Positions 10,529 to 21,849 of a stretch of 24,423 bases of DNA are shown in pieces. The stretch lies in IMG/VR virus record IMGVR_UViG_2681813316_000024, positions 1 to 24,423 of that record; one strand, 5' to 3'. How positions within the stretch are numbered: position 1 is the stretch's first letter; each line of letters opens with the position of its first letter. This DNA comes from a virus (Duplodnaviria; Heunggongvirae; Uroviricota; Caudoviricetes). Both the position numbers and the translations under genes were made by a program. Under the pieces are notes generated by a model. That model ran no database searches. It was given only the letters and a program-made list of their open reading frames with translations, and was not told the DNA's origin.

Positions 10529-11006
10529 TTTAGTCCTTGCAGCATTACGTAAGCTCGGTGTTGCATCAAATGCCACGTTAACCGATGTCGAACCGCAGTC
10601 TATGGAAGACGGCGTCAACGACCTTGAAATGATGATGGCTGAATGGCTTGGCGGTGATGTGTCACCTGGTATCAACGTTGGCTACATTTTTGCTGATGCA
10701 GATGTCGCTCCGGATCCGGGCGATGAGCACGGTTTATCAAATAACGCTATCAATGCCGTCATTTTCAACCTTGCCTGCCGCATTGCTCCGGATTATGCGC
10801 TGGAATCGTCAGCAAAACTTATAACCACTGCCAGATACGGGAAAGAGCGACTCGTCAAACTGTCTGCAATGGACAGAGCAAAAGCCGCTAAATGTAAGTC
10901 CGGTTATCCAAACCGTATGCCTGTTGGTAGCGGTAACCAGTTGGCGAAGTGGAACGGTTGGAATTACTTCCACCGAAAGGAACCTTGCGATAACGGGAGC
11001 GAATAA
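10506..11006 (+). CDS. Head completion / tail accessory protein (P22 gp4-like)
   Basis: 166-aa ORF from ATG 10506; [25 protein letters not shown] and [13 protein letters not shown] match recalled P22 gp4. Confidence 0.85.
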   Translation: MNLTTKGDLVLAALRKLGVASNATLTDVEPQSMEDGVNDLEMMMAEWLGGDVSPGINVGYIFADADVAPDPGDEHGLSNNAINAVIFNLACRIAPDYALESSAKLITTARYGKERLVKLSAMDRAKAAKCKSGYPNRMPVGSGNQLAKWNGWNYFHRKEPCDNGSE

Positions 11007-12425
11007 ATGCCGATTCAGCAACTTCCGCTTATGAAAGGTGTCGGCAAAGACTTTCGAAACGCCGACTATATCGACTATCTGCCAGTGAATATGCTGGCTA
11101 CGCCCAAAGAAATCCTGAACAGCAGCGGATATCTTCGCTCATTCCCGGGCATTGCCAAACGTTCTGATGTGAATGGTGTATCGCGCGGTGTCGAGTACAA
11201 CATGGCGCAGAATGCTGTTTATCGCGTTTGCGGTGGCAAGTTGTATAAGGGCGAAAGCGAGGTCGGTGATGTTGCCGGAAGTGGTCGCGTATCAATGGCG
11301 CATGGTCGAACATCTCAGGCGGTAGGCGTTAATGGTCAACTGGTCGAGTATCGCTATGATGGCACGGTTAAAACAGTCTCAAACTGGCCTACAGACAGCG
11401 GATTCACTCAGTATGAGTTAGGTTCAGTCCGCGACATTACACGCTTACGTGGGCGTTATGCGTGGTCAAAAGACGGCACGGATTCATGGTTTATCACTGA
11501 CCTTGAAGACGAATCGCATCCTGACCGTTACAGCGCACAATATCGCGCAGAATCGCAGCCGGACGGTATCCTCGGCATCGGAACATGGCGAGACTTCATC
11601 GTCTGCTTTGGTTCATCGACGATTGAATATTTTTCCCTGACAGGTGCAACCACTGTTGGTGCCGCTTTGTATGTCGCACAGCCATCGCTGATGGTGCAAA
11701 AAGGCATCGCCGGGACTTACTGCAAAACGCCATTCGCTGATTCGTATGCGTTCATCAGCAATCCGGCAACAGGTGCGCCGTCTGTGTATATCATCGGTTC
11801 CGGTCAGGTATCACCAATCGCCAGCGCGAGCATTGAGAAAATACTACGCTCCTACACTGCTGATGAACTGGCTGATGGTGTGATGGAATCGCTGCGATTT
11901 GATGCGCATGAACTGCTGATTATCCATCTTACGCGTCACGTCCTCGTGTACGACGCATCTTCAAGCGCCAATGGTCCGCAATGGTGTGTACTGAAAACAG
12001 GCCTGTATGACGATGTGTACCGCGCTATCGACTTCATTTACGAAGGCAATCAGATAACGTGCGGCGATAAGCTGGAATCGGTTACCGGCAAATTGCAGTT
12101 CGATATCAGCAGCCAGTACGACAAACAGCAGGAACACCTGCTGTTTACTCCGTTGTTCAAAGCAGATAACGCCAGAGTTTTCGACCTTGAAGTTGAATCT
12201 TCAACTGGCGTTGCGCAGTATGCTGACCGCCTTTTTCTCTCTGCAACCACTGACGGCATCAATTACGGGCGTGAGCAGATGATTGAGCAGAATGAACCGT
12301 TCGTTTACGACAAACGCGTTTTGTGGAAGCGAGTAGGGCGCATCAGGAAAAATGTCGGCTTCAAATTGCGCGTTATCACTAAGTCACCTGTCACTCTGTC
12401 AGGCTGCCAGATAAGGATTGAGTAA
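11007..12425 (+). CDS. Tail accessory protein (P22 gp10-like)
   Basis: 472-aa ORF, same length and order position as P22 gp10. Confidence 0.85.
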   Translation: MPIQQLPLMKGVGKDFRNADYIDYLPVNMLATPKEILNSSGYLRSFPGIAKRSDVNGVSRGVEYNMAQNAVYRVCGGKLYKGESEVGDVAGSGRVSMAHGRTSQAVGVNGQLVEYRYDGTVKTVSNWPTDSGFTQYELGSVRDITRLRGRYAWSKDGTDSWFITDLEDESHPDRYSAQYRAESQPDGILGIGTWRDFIVCFGSSTIEYFSLTGATTVGAALYVAQPSLMVQKGIAGTYCKTPFADSYAFISNPATGAPSVYIIGSGQVSPIASASIEKILRSYTADELADGVMESLRFDAHELLIIHLTRHVLVYDASSSANGPQWCVLKTGLYDDVYRAIDFIYEGNQITCGDKLESVTGKLQFDISSQYDKQQEHLLFTPLFKADNARVFDLEVESSTGVAQYADRLFLSATTDGINYGREQMIEQNEPFVYDKRVLWKRVGRIRKNVGFKLRVITKSPVTLSGCQIRIE

Positions 12426-13126
12426 TGGTTGATTCATCACTGAATAATCCTGTCGCGGTTCAGGCTACGCGCCTTGATGCTTCAATTTTGCCACGCAATA
12501 TATTCAGCCAGTCTTACATGCTGTATGTCATAAATCAGGGTGCTGATGTTGGCGCAATTGCCGGGAAGGCAAATCAGGCTGGTCAGGGCGCTTACGATGC
12601 TCAGGTGAAAAACGATGAACAGGACGTCGAGCTGGCAGATCACGATGCAAGAATCACCGCAAACACAAAAGCGATAAATCTCCTTGAGGTCAGGTTAACA
12701 ACCGCCGAAGGGAAGATAGTCGTACTACGTAGCGATGTTGATTACTTGCTGGATGAGGTTATCGATATTCAGGCGCATCTGGTCACTGTTGACCAAAGAC
12801 TGGATGGCGTAGAAAGCGATGTATCTGACATTAAGAGTGATTACGTATCGAAAACCGTAACCGAATCGCAGTCTCTTGCGTTACCGCTGGATGTAAAAAC
12901 ATCATATTCAGTTGATGGAATTCAGGTTATTGGAGCAAGAAATACCGGATGGACTGCAGCCACAGGTACACCTCTTCTTGGCTCATTCAACGCTAACCAG
13001 TCATACACAGTCGGCACTACGTACACACAATCCGAAGTCGCAGCACTCGCTACAGGTTTGCAGCAGGCGCGGCAGCGTATTCTGGCGCTTGAAACGGCAC
13101 TTAGATTACATGGGCTGATTGACTGA
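12425..13126 (+). CDS. Tail needle / cell-puncturing protein (P22 gp26-like)
   Basis: 233-aa ORF; N-terminus [19 protein letters not shown] and C-terminus ALR.HGLID match recalled P22 gp26; coiled-coil heptads. Confidence 0.9.
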   Translation: MVDSSLNNPVAVQATRLDASILPRNIFSQSYMLYVINQGADVGAIAGKANQAGQGAYDAQVKNDEQDVELADHDARITANTKAINLLEVRLTTAEGKIVVLRSDVDYLLDEVIDIQAHLVTVDQRLDGVESDVSDIKSDYVSKTVTESQSLALPLDVKTSYSVDGIQVIGARNTGWTAATGTPLLGSFNANQSYTVGTTYTQSEVAALATGLQQARQRILALETALRLHGLID

Positions 13127-13581
13127 TGATTACATTCAAACCAACGCGAAACATCGACCTGATAGAAGCCGTAGGAAATCACCCTGACATTATCGCCGGG
13201 AGCAACAACGGTGATGGATACGACTACAAACCTGAATGCCGTTACTTTGAGGTTAACGTGCACGGGCAGTTCGGCGGAATTGTTTACTATCAGGAGATTC
13301 AGCCGCTGACCTTTGATTGCCACGCCATGTACCTGCCAGAGATTCGCGGATTCAGCAAGGAAATAGGGCTGGCGTTCTGGCGATACATTCTGACTAACAC
13401 CACCGTTCAGTGCGTCACATCGTTCGCTGCACGCAAATTCCGCCACGGGCAGATGTACTGCGCAATGATTGGCCTTAAGCGTGTAGGAACCATCAAGAAA
13501 TACTTCAAAGGCGTGGATGACGTGACATTTTACAGTGCTACACGCGAAGAACTAATCGACTTCCTGAATCACGGGAGATAG
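13126..13581 (+). CDS. Head assembly protein (P22 gp14-like)
   Basis: 151-aa ORF in the gp26-to-gp7 position of the P22 gene order. Confidence 0.75.
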   Translation: MITFKPTRNIDLIEAVGNHPDIIAGSNNGDGYDYKPECRYFEVNVHGQFGGIVYYQEIQPLTFDCHAMYLPEIRGFSKEIGLAFWRYILTNTTVQCVTSFAARKFRHGQMYCAMIGLKRVGTIKKYFKGVDDVTFYSATREELIDFLNHGR

Positions 13582-13583
13582 CC

Positions 13584-14276
13584 ATGTTATATGCATTTAA
13601 GCTGGGCAGAAAACTGCGCGGCGAGGAACCTTATTGCCCTGAAAAAGGCGGGAAAGGTGGCAGCTCTGATAAAAGCGCAAAGTATGCAGCAGAAGCTCAG
13701 AAGTATGCCGCAGACCTGCAAAATCAGCAGTGGCAGACGATCATGAAAAACCTTGCTCCGTTCACGCCTCTTGCGGAGCAGTATGTTAACCAGCTTCAGA
13801 ACCTTTCCAGTTTAGAAGGTCAGGGGCAGGCACTTAATCAGTATTACAACTCTCAGCAGTATAAAGACCTTGCAGGTCAGGCTCGTTACCAGAGTCTTGC
13901 TGCTGCGGAGGCGACGGGTGGACTTGGTTCGACAGCCACAAGCAATCAACTGGCTACGATCGCGCCGACACTCGGTCAGTCTTGGTTATCAAATCAGATG
14001 AGCAATTACAACAATCTGGCAAACGTTGGGCTTGGTGCGCTGCAAGGTCAGGCAAACGCCGGGCAGACGTACGCCAACAACATGAGCAGCATTGCACAGC
14101 AAAGCGCAGCTCTTGCCGCTGCTAATGCCAATAAACCATCAAGTCTTCAGACCGCAATTAGCGGTGGCACGTCTGGTGCGATTGCCGGTGCAGGTCTTGC
14201 CAGCCTTTTGGAAACATCAACGCCTTGGGGCGCTGGCATTGGTGCTGGTATCGGATTGCTTGGCTCGTTGTTTTAA
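13584..14276 (+). CDS. Ejection (injection) protein (P22 gp7-like)
   Basis: 230-aa ORF, Gly/Ala/Gln-rich, hydrophobic C-terminus; position in P22 order. Confidence 0.8.
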   Translation: MLYAFKLGRKLRGEEPYCPEKGGKGGSSDKSAKYAAEAQKYAADLQNQQWQTIMKNLAPFTPLAEQYVNQLQNLSSLEGQGQALNQYYNSQQYKDLAGQARYQSLAAAEATGGLGSTATSNQLATIAPTLGQSWLSNQMSNYNNLANVGLGALQGQANAGQTYANNMSSIAQQSAALAAANANKPSSLQTAISGGTSGAIAGAGLASLLETSTPWGAGIGAGIGLLGSLF

Positions 14277-14285
14277 GGGGTAATC

Positions 14286-15692
14286 ATGGCTACTTGGCAA
14301 GGAACAAACGGCGGATTGTTGGCTGGTATCGGCGGCGTCAACTCAAACGCTCCGAGCGTAAATGACATCGGCAATACGCTTCAGCTTATCAGGCAGAACA
14401 ATGATATTGAGCGTTCAGGCGCTAACAATGTTGGGCTGACTGCTTTGCAAGGCCTTTCAGGTATTGCGGGGGTGTTTCAGCAGGAAAAGCAGGCTCAGCG
14501 GCAGAAAGAATTTCAGCAGGCATACGCTAATGCTTATGCGTCTGGTGATCGCGGTGCTTTGCGTCAGTTAGCTACTGAATATCCAGACCAGATTGAATCC
14601 GTTCGTAAAGGCATGGGATTCATTGATGAAGACCAGCGCAATTCCATCGGTACCTTAGCGGCTGGCGCTCGCCTTGCGGCATCGTCTCCAGAAGCGATGC
14701 AATCATGGCTGCAAAACAACGCCAAGGAACTGACTCGCGTAGGTGTTGACCCTAATAACGTTGCTCAGATGTATCAGCAGAATCCTTCAGGATTTGGTGA
14801 GTTTGTTGATCACCTTGGGATGGCTGCTCTCGGTCCGATTGACTACTTCAATGTTCATGACAAGATGGCTGGTCGTGAGATTGACCGAGGCAGGCTGGCA
14901 GAGACAATCCGCAGCAATCGGGCTGGAGAAGCACTTCAGGCGAGAGGGCAAAACCTTTCCTATCAGTCAGCAATGACTGGGCACAATATCGCAGCACAAC
15001 GCTTGGCTCTGGATCAGCAAGAGTTCGGGTTTAAGATGCAGCAAGCGCAGGAAAAGGCTCAGCAGTTGATTAGCGAAGCACCTAAGCTGTCAGTAAACAT
15101 GGAAAAAGGCATCGAGACGGCTGTAAACAATGCTACAGCATCATCAAACTCAGCCAATTCTATGAGTGCGCTTGCTCAACAGTTCAGAGCAGAAAAACCA
15201 ACGACAGGTTTGTTCGGTAACGCACAGAACATGTTCGCAAAACTTACCGGAAGCGATACAACATTGCGTGATTTGCGCATCCGCCAAAATGCCCTTGTTA
15301 ACAGTCAGGTTCTTAAATTCCTACCTCCAGGCCCCGCAACGGATAAAGACGTTGAGATCGTTCGGCAGGGGGCACCAACTGACATGGATAACCCTGAGAC
15401 GGTCGCAAGATGGCTTGATGCGATGGCAAACCTTGAGCGACGAAACGCGCAGTTTAATGAGTTTAAAGCCGAGTGGATGAGCGCGAATGGCAATCCAGGA
15501 CAATCGCGTAATGGCGGTCAGATATTGGGGTTGGATGTTAAAAAAGGTGAATCATTGGGGAGTGCCGTTAAGCGGTATATGTCAATGAATACTGACGCAG
15601 CGCCAGCACAAGATTCGACACCTTCAGGAGAACCACGGAATCAGGTTGGATCATATACCTCAAAATCAGGCATTCAATTTACGGTGGAATGA
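14286..15692 (+). CDS. Ejection protein (P22 gp20-like)
   Basis: 468-aa ORF following gp7 homologue; size and position match P22 gp20. Confidence 0.8.
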   Translation: MATWQGTNGGLLAGIGGVNSNAPSVNDIGNTLQLIRQNNDIERSGANNVGLTALQGLSGIAGVFQQEKQAQRQKEFQQAYANAYASGDRGALRQLATEYPDQIESVRKGMGFIDEDQRNSIGTLAAGARLAASSPEAMQSWLQNNAKELTRVGVDPNNVAQMYQQNPSGFGEFVDHLGMAALGPIDYFNVHDKMAGREIDRGRLAETIRSNRAGEALQARGQNLSYQSAMTGHNIAAQRLALDQQEFGFKMQQAQEKAQQLISEAPKLSVNMEKGIETAVNNATASSNSANSMSALAQQFRAEKPTTGLFGNAQNMFAKLTGSDTTLRDLRIRQNALVNSQVLKFLPPGPATDKDVEIVRQGAPTDMDNPETVARWLDAMANLERRNAQFNEFKAEWMSANGNPGQSRNGGQILGLDVKKGESLGSAVKRYMSMNTDAAPAQDSTPSGEPRNQVGSYTSKSGIQFTVE

Positions 15693-17920
15693 TGAAAGTA
15701 ACTGCAAACGGTAAGACATTTACCTTCCCTGATGGTACGAGCACGGAAGATATTGGCACCGCCATTGATGAGTATTTTGCTGGTCAGGCTGTTCAGCAAC
15801 AAACAGTTAATCAGGCCAATAATGAACCAGCACGGGAAGAACCATCATTGATGCAACAAGCTGGCGATTGGCTCACTGGTGGTCAAAGTGCAGGGCAAAT
15901 TGCAGAACAGGCTGGTCGTGGTCTGGTAAACATACCATTTGACGTATTGCAGGGTGGCGCAAGTCTGATTAATGCAATCAGTCAGGGGCTTGGGGGGCCA
16001 AAAGTATTGGATGATGTTTATCGTCCAGTAGACAGACCGACAGACCCCTACGCGCAAGCTGGAGAGTCAATAGGCGGTTATCTTGTTCCTGGAGCAGGTG
16101 TAGCTGGAAACATGGTCATTGGTTCTCTCGCTGACGCGGCGAATCAACGGGGTGATTTTGCCGAAAATGCCGCTATTAATGCCGGACTTAACATTGCTAC
16201 GCATGGCCTGATAAATGGCGTTACCCGTGGTGTTCGTGGTGCATCAAATATAATTAGTGGCAATAAAACATCTGCACAGAGAGCGACCACTGCGCCAACA
16301 GAAACATCACCATTCTCAGGTGATGCCGCTGCAGCAACAAATCCTGAGATTCATGCCGCAGAGGCAAGAGTAGCACAAGGTGTACCAATGATGCCTGCGA
16401 CGAGGAACCCAGAGGAAGTCGTTCGCACAGTAGCAGCACAAAAAAGGCCAAATCTCGCTTCATCGCTTGATGAACTAGATATCAATCCTCAGGCTGAAGT
16501 TCTGGAGTCTGCTGAAAGGCTTAATGTTGATTCATTACTCCCTTCACACTTTTCCGGGAACGAGCAATACAAGGCAGTTGAGCAAGCAATCAAGTCCCGT
16601 GCGGGTTCTGCTCTACAGGTGCAGGAAAATGAAGCAATCAGGCAGCTAGCACAGGGCGCGGGGGAGATAATTGATCGCGTTTCCGGTGCAAAAGATGCTC
16701 TTGGTATGAGCGACAAGTTTATTGATACGGTCAATGGAAGAATGTCTGCGCTGATGAAACGAAGCGACCAGCTTTATCGCAATGTTGAAAAGGCGATGCC
16801 TGCAGGTGCAAAAATTGATGCGCCATCAACAAGGTCAATGCTCAAACAGGTGGCAGAAGATCTTGGCGGGATGAAAAACCTTGACCCTATTGAAAAGAGA
16901 GTCTTTCGGGCAGTTAATCCAGGCAAGAACGGCGCATTAACTTATGCAAATCTCAATAAGCAACGACGACTTGTTGGTGATGCACTTCATAAGAATTCTG
17001 GACCATATAAAGATGCTGATCGCGCTGCTTTATCGAGGCTTTACGGTTCGCTCGCCGATGATCAAAAGGCGGCGCTGTCAGAGACAAATGCATTACGTGA
17101 TTTTGAAGTTGCTCAGAGGCTTGTTCAGATGCGAAAAAGCATGGAAGAGCAAATGATTAATCTAACTGGCAGAACGCTGAACGGTGATGTTTCTCGCAAA
17201 GCAACTACAGCACTACAGGCAATGTCGAAAGGCGATGCCAAAGGATTTCGTGAATTGATGCAAAACACGCCGTCCAGGAAGCTAAGAACCGAGCTACTGG
17301 GAACAGGTCTTCGGGATATGCTTTCGAACGGAAAACGTGGCGCTGATTTTAATCCTGCAGGGTTTGCTGACTGGTATCAAAACATGTTAGCAAACGGGCA
17401 GATGCGCAATCTTGCCCGACATTTACCAAAAGAGACTATGTCAGGTCTGAACGATGTATATAAGGTCGCAAAGGCTATCAAAGACGCAAAATCTTACGAG
17501 ATAACTACAGGAAGACTAAACGAGTTCGTCAAACGGTTTAATCGCGTCACTGCGGCAAATGAATTTGTTGCTAACCATGCCCAACGCATTGGCACTGCGG
17601 TTGGTTCAACTGTGTCAGGACCGTTCAGTGCAGTAGGTGCTGTTGCTGGGTCAGAAATTGGGGCAAAAGTCGCCAGCAAAATCAGGGTGATGGGCGGCGC
17701 TGCATCAATGGAATCTGCAGAAAAGCTAATTAGCTCACCAGAATTCCAGAAAGCAGCAAGGCTGGCAGTAAAACAAGCACCAGAAAGCATCGTTGATACA
17801 ACTGTAAGACGCTCTTCTGCTTGGCGCTCGTTTTACAACTCACTTCCAGAATCAGATAAGAAAACCATATCAAGGCTAGGCATCATGTACTGGATGAACA
17901 GTGATGATAACCAGAAGTAA
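15689..17920 (+). CDS. Ejection protein (P22 gp16-like), extended
   Basis: 743-aa ORF overlapping gp20 stop; last gene before tailspike as in P22-like phages; Ala/Gly-rich segments. Confidence 0.75.
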   Translation: MMKVTANGKTFTFPDGTSTEDIGTAIDEYFAGQAVQQQTVNQANNEPAREEPSLMQQAGDWLTGGQSAGQIAEQAGRGLVNIPFDVLQGGASLINAISQGLGGPKVLDDVYRPVDRPTDPYAQAGESIGGYLVPGAGVAGNMVIGSLADAANQRGDFAENAAINAGLNIATHGLINGVTRGVRGASNIISGNKTSAQRATTAPTETSPFSGDAAAATNPEIHAAEARVAQGVPMMPATRNPEEVVRTVAAQKRPNLASSLDELDINPQAEVLESAERLNVDSLLPSHFSGNEQYKAVEQAIKSRAGSALQVQENEAIRQLAQGAGEIIDRVSGAKDALGMSDKFIDTVNGRMSALMKRSDQLYRNVEKAMPAGAKIDAPSTRSMLKQVAEDLGGMKNLDPIEKRVFRAVNPGKNGALTYANLNKQRRLVGDALHKNSGPYKDADRAALSRLYGSLADDQKAALSETNALRDFEVAQRLVQMRKSMEEQMINLTGRTLNGDVSRKATTALQAMSKGDAKGFRELMQNTPSRKLRTELLGTGLRDMLSNGKRGADFNPAGFADWYQNMLANGQMRNLARHLPKETMSGLNDVYKVAKAIKDAKSYEITTGRLNEFVKRFNRVTAANEFVANHAQRIGTAVGSTVSGPFSAVGAVAGSEIGAKVASKIRVMGGAASMESAEKLISSPEFQKAARLAVKQAPESIVDTTVRRSSAWRSFYNSLPESDKKTISRLGIMYWMNSDDNQK

Positions 17921-18198
17921 CGGAAAGCCACGGATGGTTAGTTGCAGTCTTTTTTATATAAATCTCTGTCCATAAATCCTCCTGTTTACCAAAACTATAT
18001 CAAACTTTAACGCAATGCTGCGCAACTTAAGTGACTGTCAGGTTGATAACAGACACTCTTTTTTGCATGATTCCTTTAGACCATCACAATTGATGAAGAA
18101 TCATGAAAAGAAGAACTCTTCTAAAGTCTTTGCTCGGCCTGACGTCACTCTTACCAGTTAAGTTTGCAGCATCTCAAAACCTGCAAGGTAAAAGTATA

Positions 18199-20436
18199 AT
18201 GTCAGACATTACACCCAATGTTGTAGTGAGTATGCCTTCGCAACTCTTCACTATGGCTCGTTCTTTTAAAGCCGTAGCTAATGGAAAGATTTATATCGGG
18301 AAAATTGACACTGACCCGGTAAACACTGAAAACCAGATTCAGGTTTATGTAGAGAACGAAGATGGTTCTCACGTTCCTGTTTCGCAACCAATCATCATTA
18401 ACGCTGCTGGATATCCGGTATATAACGGACAGATTGCCAAATTCGTAACCGTGCAAGGCCATTCTATGGCTGTTTATGATGCGTATGGTGCGCAGCAGTT
18501 CTATTTTTCGAATGTGCTGAAGTATGACCCTGACCAACTCAGGCAAGATCTTGCATCTCAAGGAGGTGTTAATCTGGTAAACGGAGCTATCTCACAGGAA
18601 GATCTTGTTTTGCAGTCGATCACAAAAATTCCAAGTTATGATAATTCTAACGTAGTCCAGGCGTGGCGCGATAGTGTTGCGACCTACGGGTATGTTTACT
18701 TCTCTAATCATTCAAAAAATCAGATGGTGTACACCGTACCGTCTACAGCTGCTAACGCTTCTTTCCTTGCGAACAGTAAAGTAATCATTGATAAAAATGT
18801 CACCCTGAGATTCGACAGTGATCTGTACTCACTGTTTAAATCGTTGCAGTACGAGGGGGAGGGTACGTTTGAATTTACGCACCTGAACTTTAAAGCAACC
18901 GGTGGAGAAGTGGATTATCTGGCTAAGCAGGCCATCCTCAACCGAAACCCTATTCGCATGAAGCGAGTGGAATGGTCAGATTGTAAAGTTTATTCCATAA
19001 ATGGTGACACGTTCTTCTATGAAGGTGAAGTCACCATATCCTCAGATAGCGCAGCTATCTTCCCCTTAACTACTGACCGTACAACAGGCCTGTTCGCACC
19101 AATAGATATTGGAGAGCATATTTCTGCACATATTCGTATGGAATCTCAGGCCGCCTCAGAAGTTGGGATTGTTCTGCGATGCTCTGGTGGTTGGATGATG
19201 TTCTATGGGGCACCAGGTGCTACACAGTGGTCTTATAGACAGAAACCAATTGGTGGTCCAGTAGCAGAAGGAACTCCATTCCCGCTGCCAGGAGGTTTAC
19301 TGTCGTACGCCCCGGGCAAAGCAACCGTTGGCGTATCACTGCAAGGTAAAAACTGGGCGCAGATAACGATGAATGGCGTTGGGATACGTTTGCCCTTTGA
19401 TACTGCTGATGTAGGGGATGTATACGAAGTTGGGTTTGTTGCACTGACCACGGCATCTGGAGGTTCTGCGCGTGTAACTGGATTATGCAGCTACACCTCT
19501 GATAATGGCGTGCACGGTAAGCCTCCACTTAATATCCTTATCCACGGTGATAGTACAGCTGAGGATTTCATTTCCGCGTTCAGCTCGTACATTCCGCAAT
19601 TAATGGATGGAGCGAACGGCCACCGTTCACATAGCATTGTAAACAAGGCAGTTGCCGGACAGACAATGAGGCAACAGTTAGATCTCCTGAAGGCTCAGGG
19701 GCCGGGTGATGCTTACATCGTTATTATGGTTGCCGGAACTAACGAAGGGCAGGCAAACCAAAACGGCGATTATATGGCGTCATTGATAGATGAGTTTGTC
19801 TTATATTGCAATGGCCTTGGTCGTATCCCTGTTTGGGTTGAGCCGTGGATGTGGTATAGCCAGTCATTTATTGGAGGGGCTGGCCAGCCATCTTCTAACT
19901 ACGACGGTGTCGCAGAGTTGCGAGAAGCTGGTAAACGCCAGATGATGAAATATGGCAATAACGTCATTTGTGTAACAACAACTCACCAGCTCCCGGCCCC
20001 ATATCCAGAGTATTTCAATACGCAATACGACCCACTTCTGCGTGATGACATTCACCAAAGCCAGTTAGGGTATCGTCTGTATGCGGAAATTATCTGCTCT
20101 GCCATTATCGACTGGTGGTCGCGTGTTGATTACACGCCAAGAGCAGCTGTTCAATGGTGGGCTGGAACAAACGTAACAGTACAGGCACCGTCAAGTTTAA
20201 CTGCCAATTCAATTAATATTAAACTGGCAGCCACTTCATTTGCGAATGGTAATACTGTTCTAACGCTGCCAAGGTGGTGTAGACCAACAGTAACAAAAAA
20301 TGTCCCTGTACCGTTCACTGCTGATGGAATATCTTACGGTATGGCGATGGCAACAATAAGCGCATCAACCGGGTCGATAACAATTAATGGATCTACTACA
20401 GCCTCACCAATATTTTACATTGATGCTTCCTGGTAG
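18199..20436 (+). CDS. Tailspike: P22 gp9-like head-binding domain fused to C-terminal SGNH/GDSL esterase domain
   Basis: ATG 18199 gives [11 protein letters not shown]...[20 protein letters not shown]...VLKYDPDQ (P22 tailspike N-domain). C-terminal part has SGNH blocks: G450-D451-S452-T (19546-19557), VAGQT, A512-G-T-N515-E (19732-19746), D616-D-I-H619 (20044-20055). Confidence 0.85.
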   Translation: MSDITPNVVVSMPSQLFTMARSFKAVANGKIYIGKIDTDPVNTENQIQVYVENEDGSHVPVSQPIIINAAGYPVYNGQIAKFVTVQGHSMAVYDAYGAQQFYFSNVLKYDPDQLRQDLASQGGVNLVNGAISQEDLVLQSITKIPSYDNSNVVQAWRDSVATYGYVYFSNHSKNQMVYTVPSTAANASFLANSKVIIDKNVTLRFDSDLYSLFKSLQYEGEGTFEFTHLNFKATGGEVDYLAKQAILNRNPIRMKRVEWSDCKVYSINGDTFFYEGEVTISSDSAAIFPLTTDRTTGLFAPIDIGEHISAHIRMESQAASEVGIVLRCSGGWMMFYGAPGATQWSYRQKPIGGPVAEGTPFPLPGGLLSYAPGKATVGVSLQGKNWAQITMNGVGIRLPFDTADVGDVYEVGFVALTTASGGSARVTGLCSYTSDNGVHGKPPLNILIHGDSTAEDFISAFSSYIPQLMDGANGHRSHSIVNKAVAGQTMRQQLDLLKAQGPGDAYIVIMVAGTNEGQANQNGDYMASLIDEFVLYCNGLGRIPVWVEPWMWYSQSFIGGAGQPSSNYDGVAELREAGKRQMMKYGNNVICVTTTHQLPAPYPEYFNTQYDPLLRDDIHQSQLGYRLYAEIICSAIIDWWSRVDYTPRAAVQWWAGTNVTVQAPSSLTANSINIKLAATSFANGNTVLTLPRWCRPTVTKNVPVPFTADGISYGMAMATISASTGSITINGSTTASPIFYIDASW

Positions 20437-20441
20437 AAAAA

Positions 20442-20456
20442 GGCCGCAATGCGGCC
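20442..20456. terminator. Bidirectional intrinsic terminator between convergent tailspike and SGNH genes
   Basis: GGCCG-CAATG-CGGCC hairpin; T-run on the - strand side (TTTTT) and weaker ATCTTTTA on the + side. Confidence 0.6.
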
Positions 20457-20461
20457 ATCTT

Positions 20462-21157
20462 TTACTTCACATGTTTATTAATCTCTCTCATCCAAACGGC
20501 ATAGCCATTTTTATTTAAATGCACTCCATCATCAAAGTACAATTCAGATTTTTTATCAGATAAAAAATCTGCAGGAACTTCTATTATATTGCAGTTAACT
20601 ATGCGACTACATGTTCTATCAATAATAGAGTTAATCATGCTTATTCTTGAATTGACATGGTCTACGTCTTTTCTTGCCCCGCTTATGATTGGCAAAACTT
20701 TTAATGCATAAATATTATCAACCTTTGATACACTCTTAAGCAGTTTGTCATAATCATCAAATATTTCCTCTTCGGTTTTCGCACCCATCGCATCGTTAAC
20801 TCCACCTTCAATTATCGCAGCTTTATATCCAGACGCCCCATAATTTTCTGATAGAGTTAGGATCTGATGTATAGAGTATCCTCCGACCCCCATATTAACA
20901 TATTTAAAGTTTAACCCATATGGTGACATTCCTTGTATGAGCGAGTCGCCATAAACCACAATGTCGCCGTCAGCTTGATTAGCATTCATTTTTTTAAAAT
21001 CTAGCATCACAGCCTGAAAGTCGTTAACTTTTTTTTGAGATAAATAATTTCTAATTGAACGAACAGACAATACTATAATAACTATTGCAATCAGAATAAA
21101 CAGCATTGCCAAATATTTATTTGCTTGAGACTTTCTATTTGTTTGTTTTGACTTCAT
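20462..21157 (-). CDS. Membrane-anchored SGNH/GDSL hydrolase (putative carbohydrate O-acetyl transfer/esterase domain protein)
   Basis: 231 aa; N-terminal TM helix YLAMLFILIAIVIIVLSV; block I VVYG70-D71-S72-L (Ser codon 20942-20944), block II GVGG, block III GGVND, block V DDGVHLN; good RBS AAGGAAA; AT-rich. Confidence 0.8.
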   Translation of the reverse strand: MKSKQTNRKSQANKYLAMLFILIAIVIIVLSVRSIRNYLSQKKVNDFQAVMLDFKKMNANQADGDIVVYGDSLIQGMSPYGLNFKYVNMGVGGYSIHQILTLSENYGASGYKAAIIEGGVNDAMGAKTEEEIFDDYDKLLKSVSKVDNIYALKVLPIISGARKDVDHVNSRISMINSIIDRTCSRIVNCNIIEVPADFLSDKKSELYFDDGVHLNKNGYAVWMREINKHVK

Positions 21158-21241
21158 TGCATTTTCCTTTTAATAAGGTTTAAGGTTAAAAATATATTTA
21201 CGCTTCAAATCAACGAATTGAGAAAATTATTCAGCCAACCA

Positions 21242-21520
21242 CTAACTAGACTTGCAATCTAATCTTATATATGATCTGAGTAAGAGTGTAAAAATCCGCT
21301 TAATCCTTCTTAAGTAAAAATCGGAAAAAGAAAATTTACCGCTATTTAAATTTTTAAAAATAATACTTGAAATTAAAAGGCTAGATATTATGAAAAATAA
21401 ATCAAACCCATTGAACTCTCCAGAAAATGCGCTTGGGAAAGCGTGAAACATCACAACAGCGACTGCTCTTAAACCATCTATACCAGCTCTATACTTTATC
21501 ATTTTTATTGTCCAATTCAT
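21242..21520 (-). pseudogene. Truncated N-terminal fragment of a second AT3-family acyltransferase
   Basis: 92-aa ORF with AT3 N-terminal signature YRAGIDGLRAVAVVMFHAF...GFDLFFIIS...FYLRRIKRIF, stops after about 90 residues; no convincing RBS. Confidence 0.5.
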
Positions 21521-21816
21521 CTACAGTGAAAGAGCAAAGAAAAACAATGCAATATATCTCATGTGACTACCCCTAAAATAAATTTAATGATAATAACATC
21601 ATGAGGATAAATTTAGAAGTGGGAAGATCGGAAATGCTCATTGAGCAGCAGAAAAAATATCACTGACTCTGTATACACATACAGTATTTTTTGTCTGTTA
21701 TTGATCATTGGATACTTGAGCCTAGCGTAAAAGTAATATGAATGATACAGTATGCTTATATAATTGATTTTTGCTCTCGGTGTAAGTTCGGATTGTATTA
21801 TATAACCAGAAAATAT

Positions 21817-21835
21817 CCCCAGAACTAAGCTGGGG
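21817..21835 (-). terminator. Candidate intrinsic terminator downstream of AT3 gene
   Basis: CCCCAG (21817-21822) / CTGGGG (21830-21835) inverted repeat with 7-nt loop; on - strand followed by AUAUUUU. Confidence 0.35.
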
Positions 21836-21849
21836 ATTCATGTCATATG

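Noticed and set aside
10043-10675. 210-aa ORF on the - strand
   Set aside because: Antisense to the coat 3' end, the small ORF and gp4, all of which have strong homology support; typical shadow ORF
12922-13446. 174-aa ORF on the - strand
   Set aside because: Antisense to well-supported gp26 and gp14 homologues; no RBS or motif
18103-18198. N-terminal extension of the tailspike ORF ([24 protein letters not shown]...) that looks like a signal peptide
   Set aside because: The conserved P22-type head-binding domain starts at [10 protein letters not shown] with ATG at 18199 preceded by AAGG; tailspikes are not secreted; the extension is most likely the ORF caller running upstream to an earlier in-frame ATG
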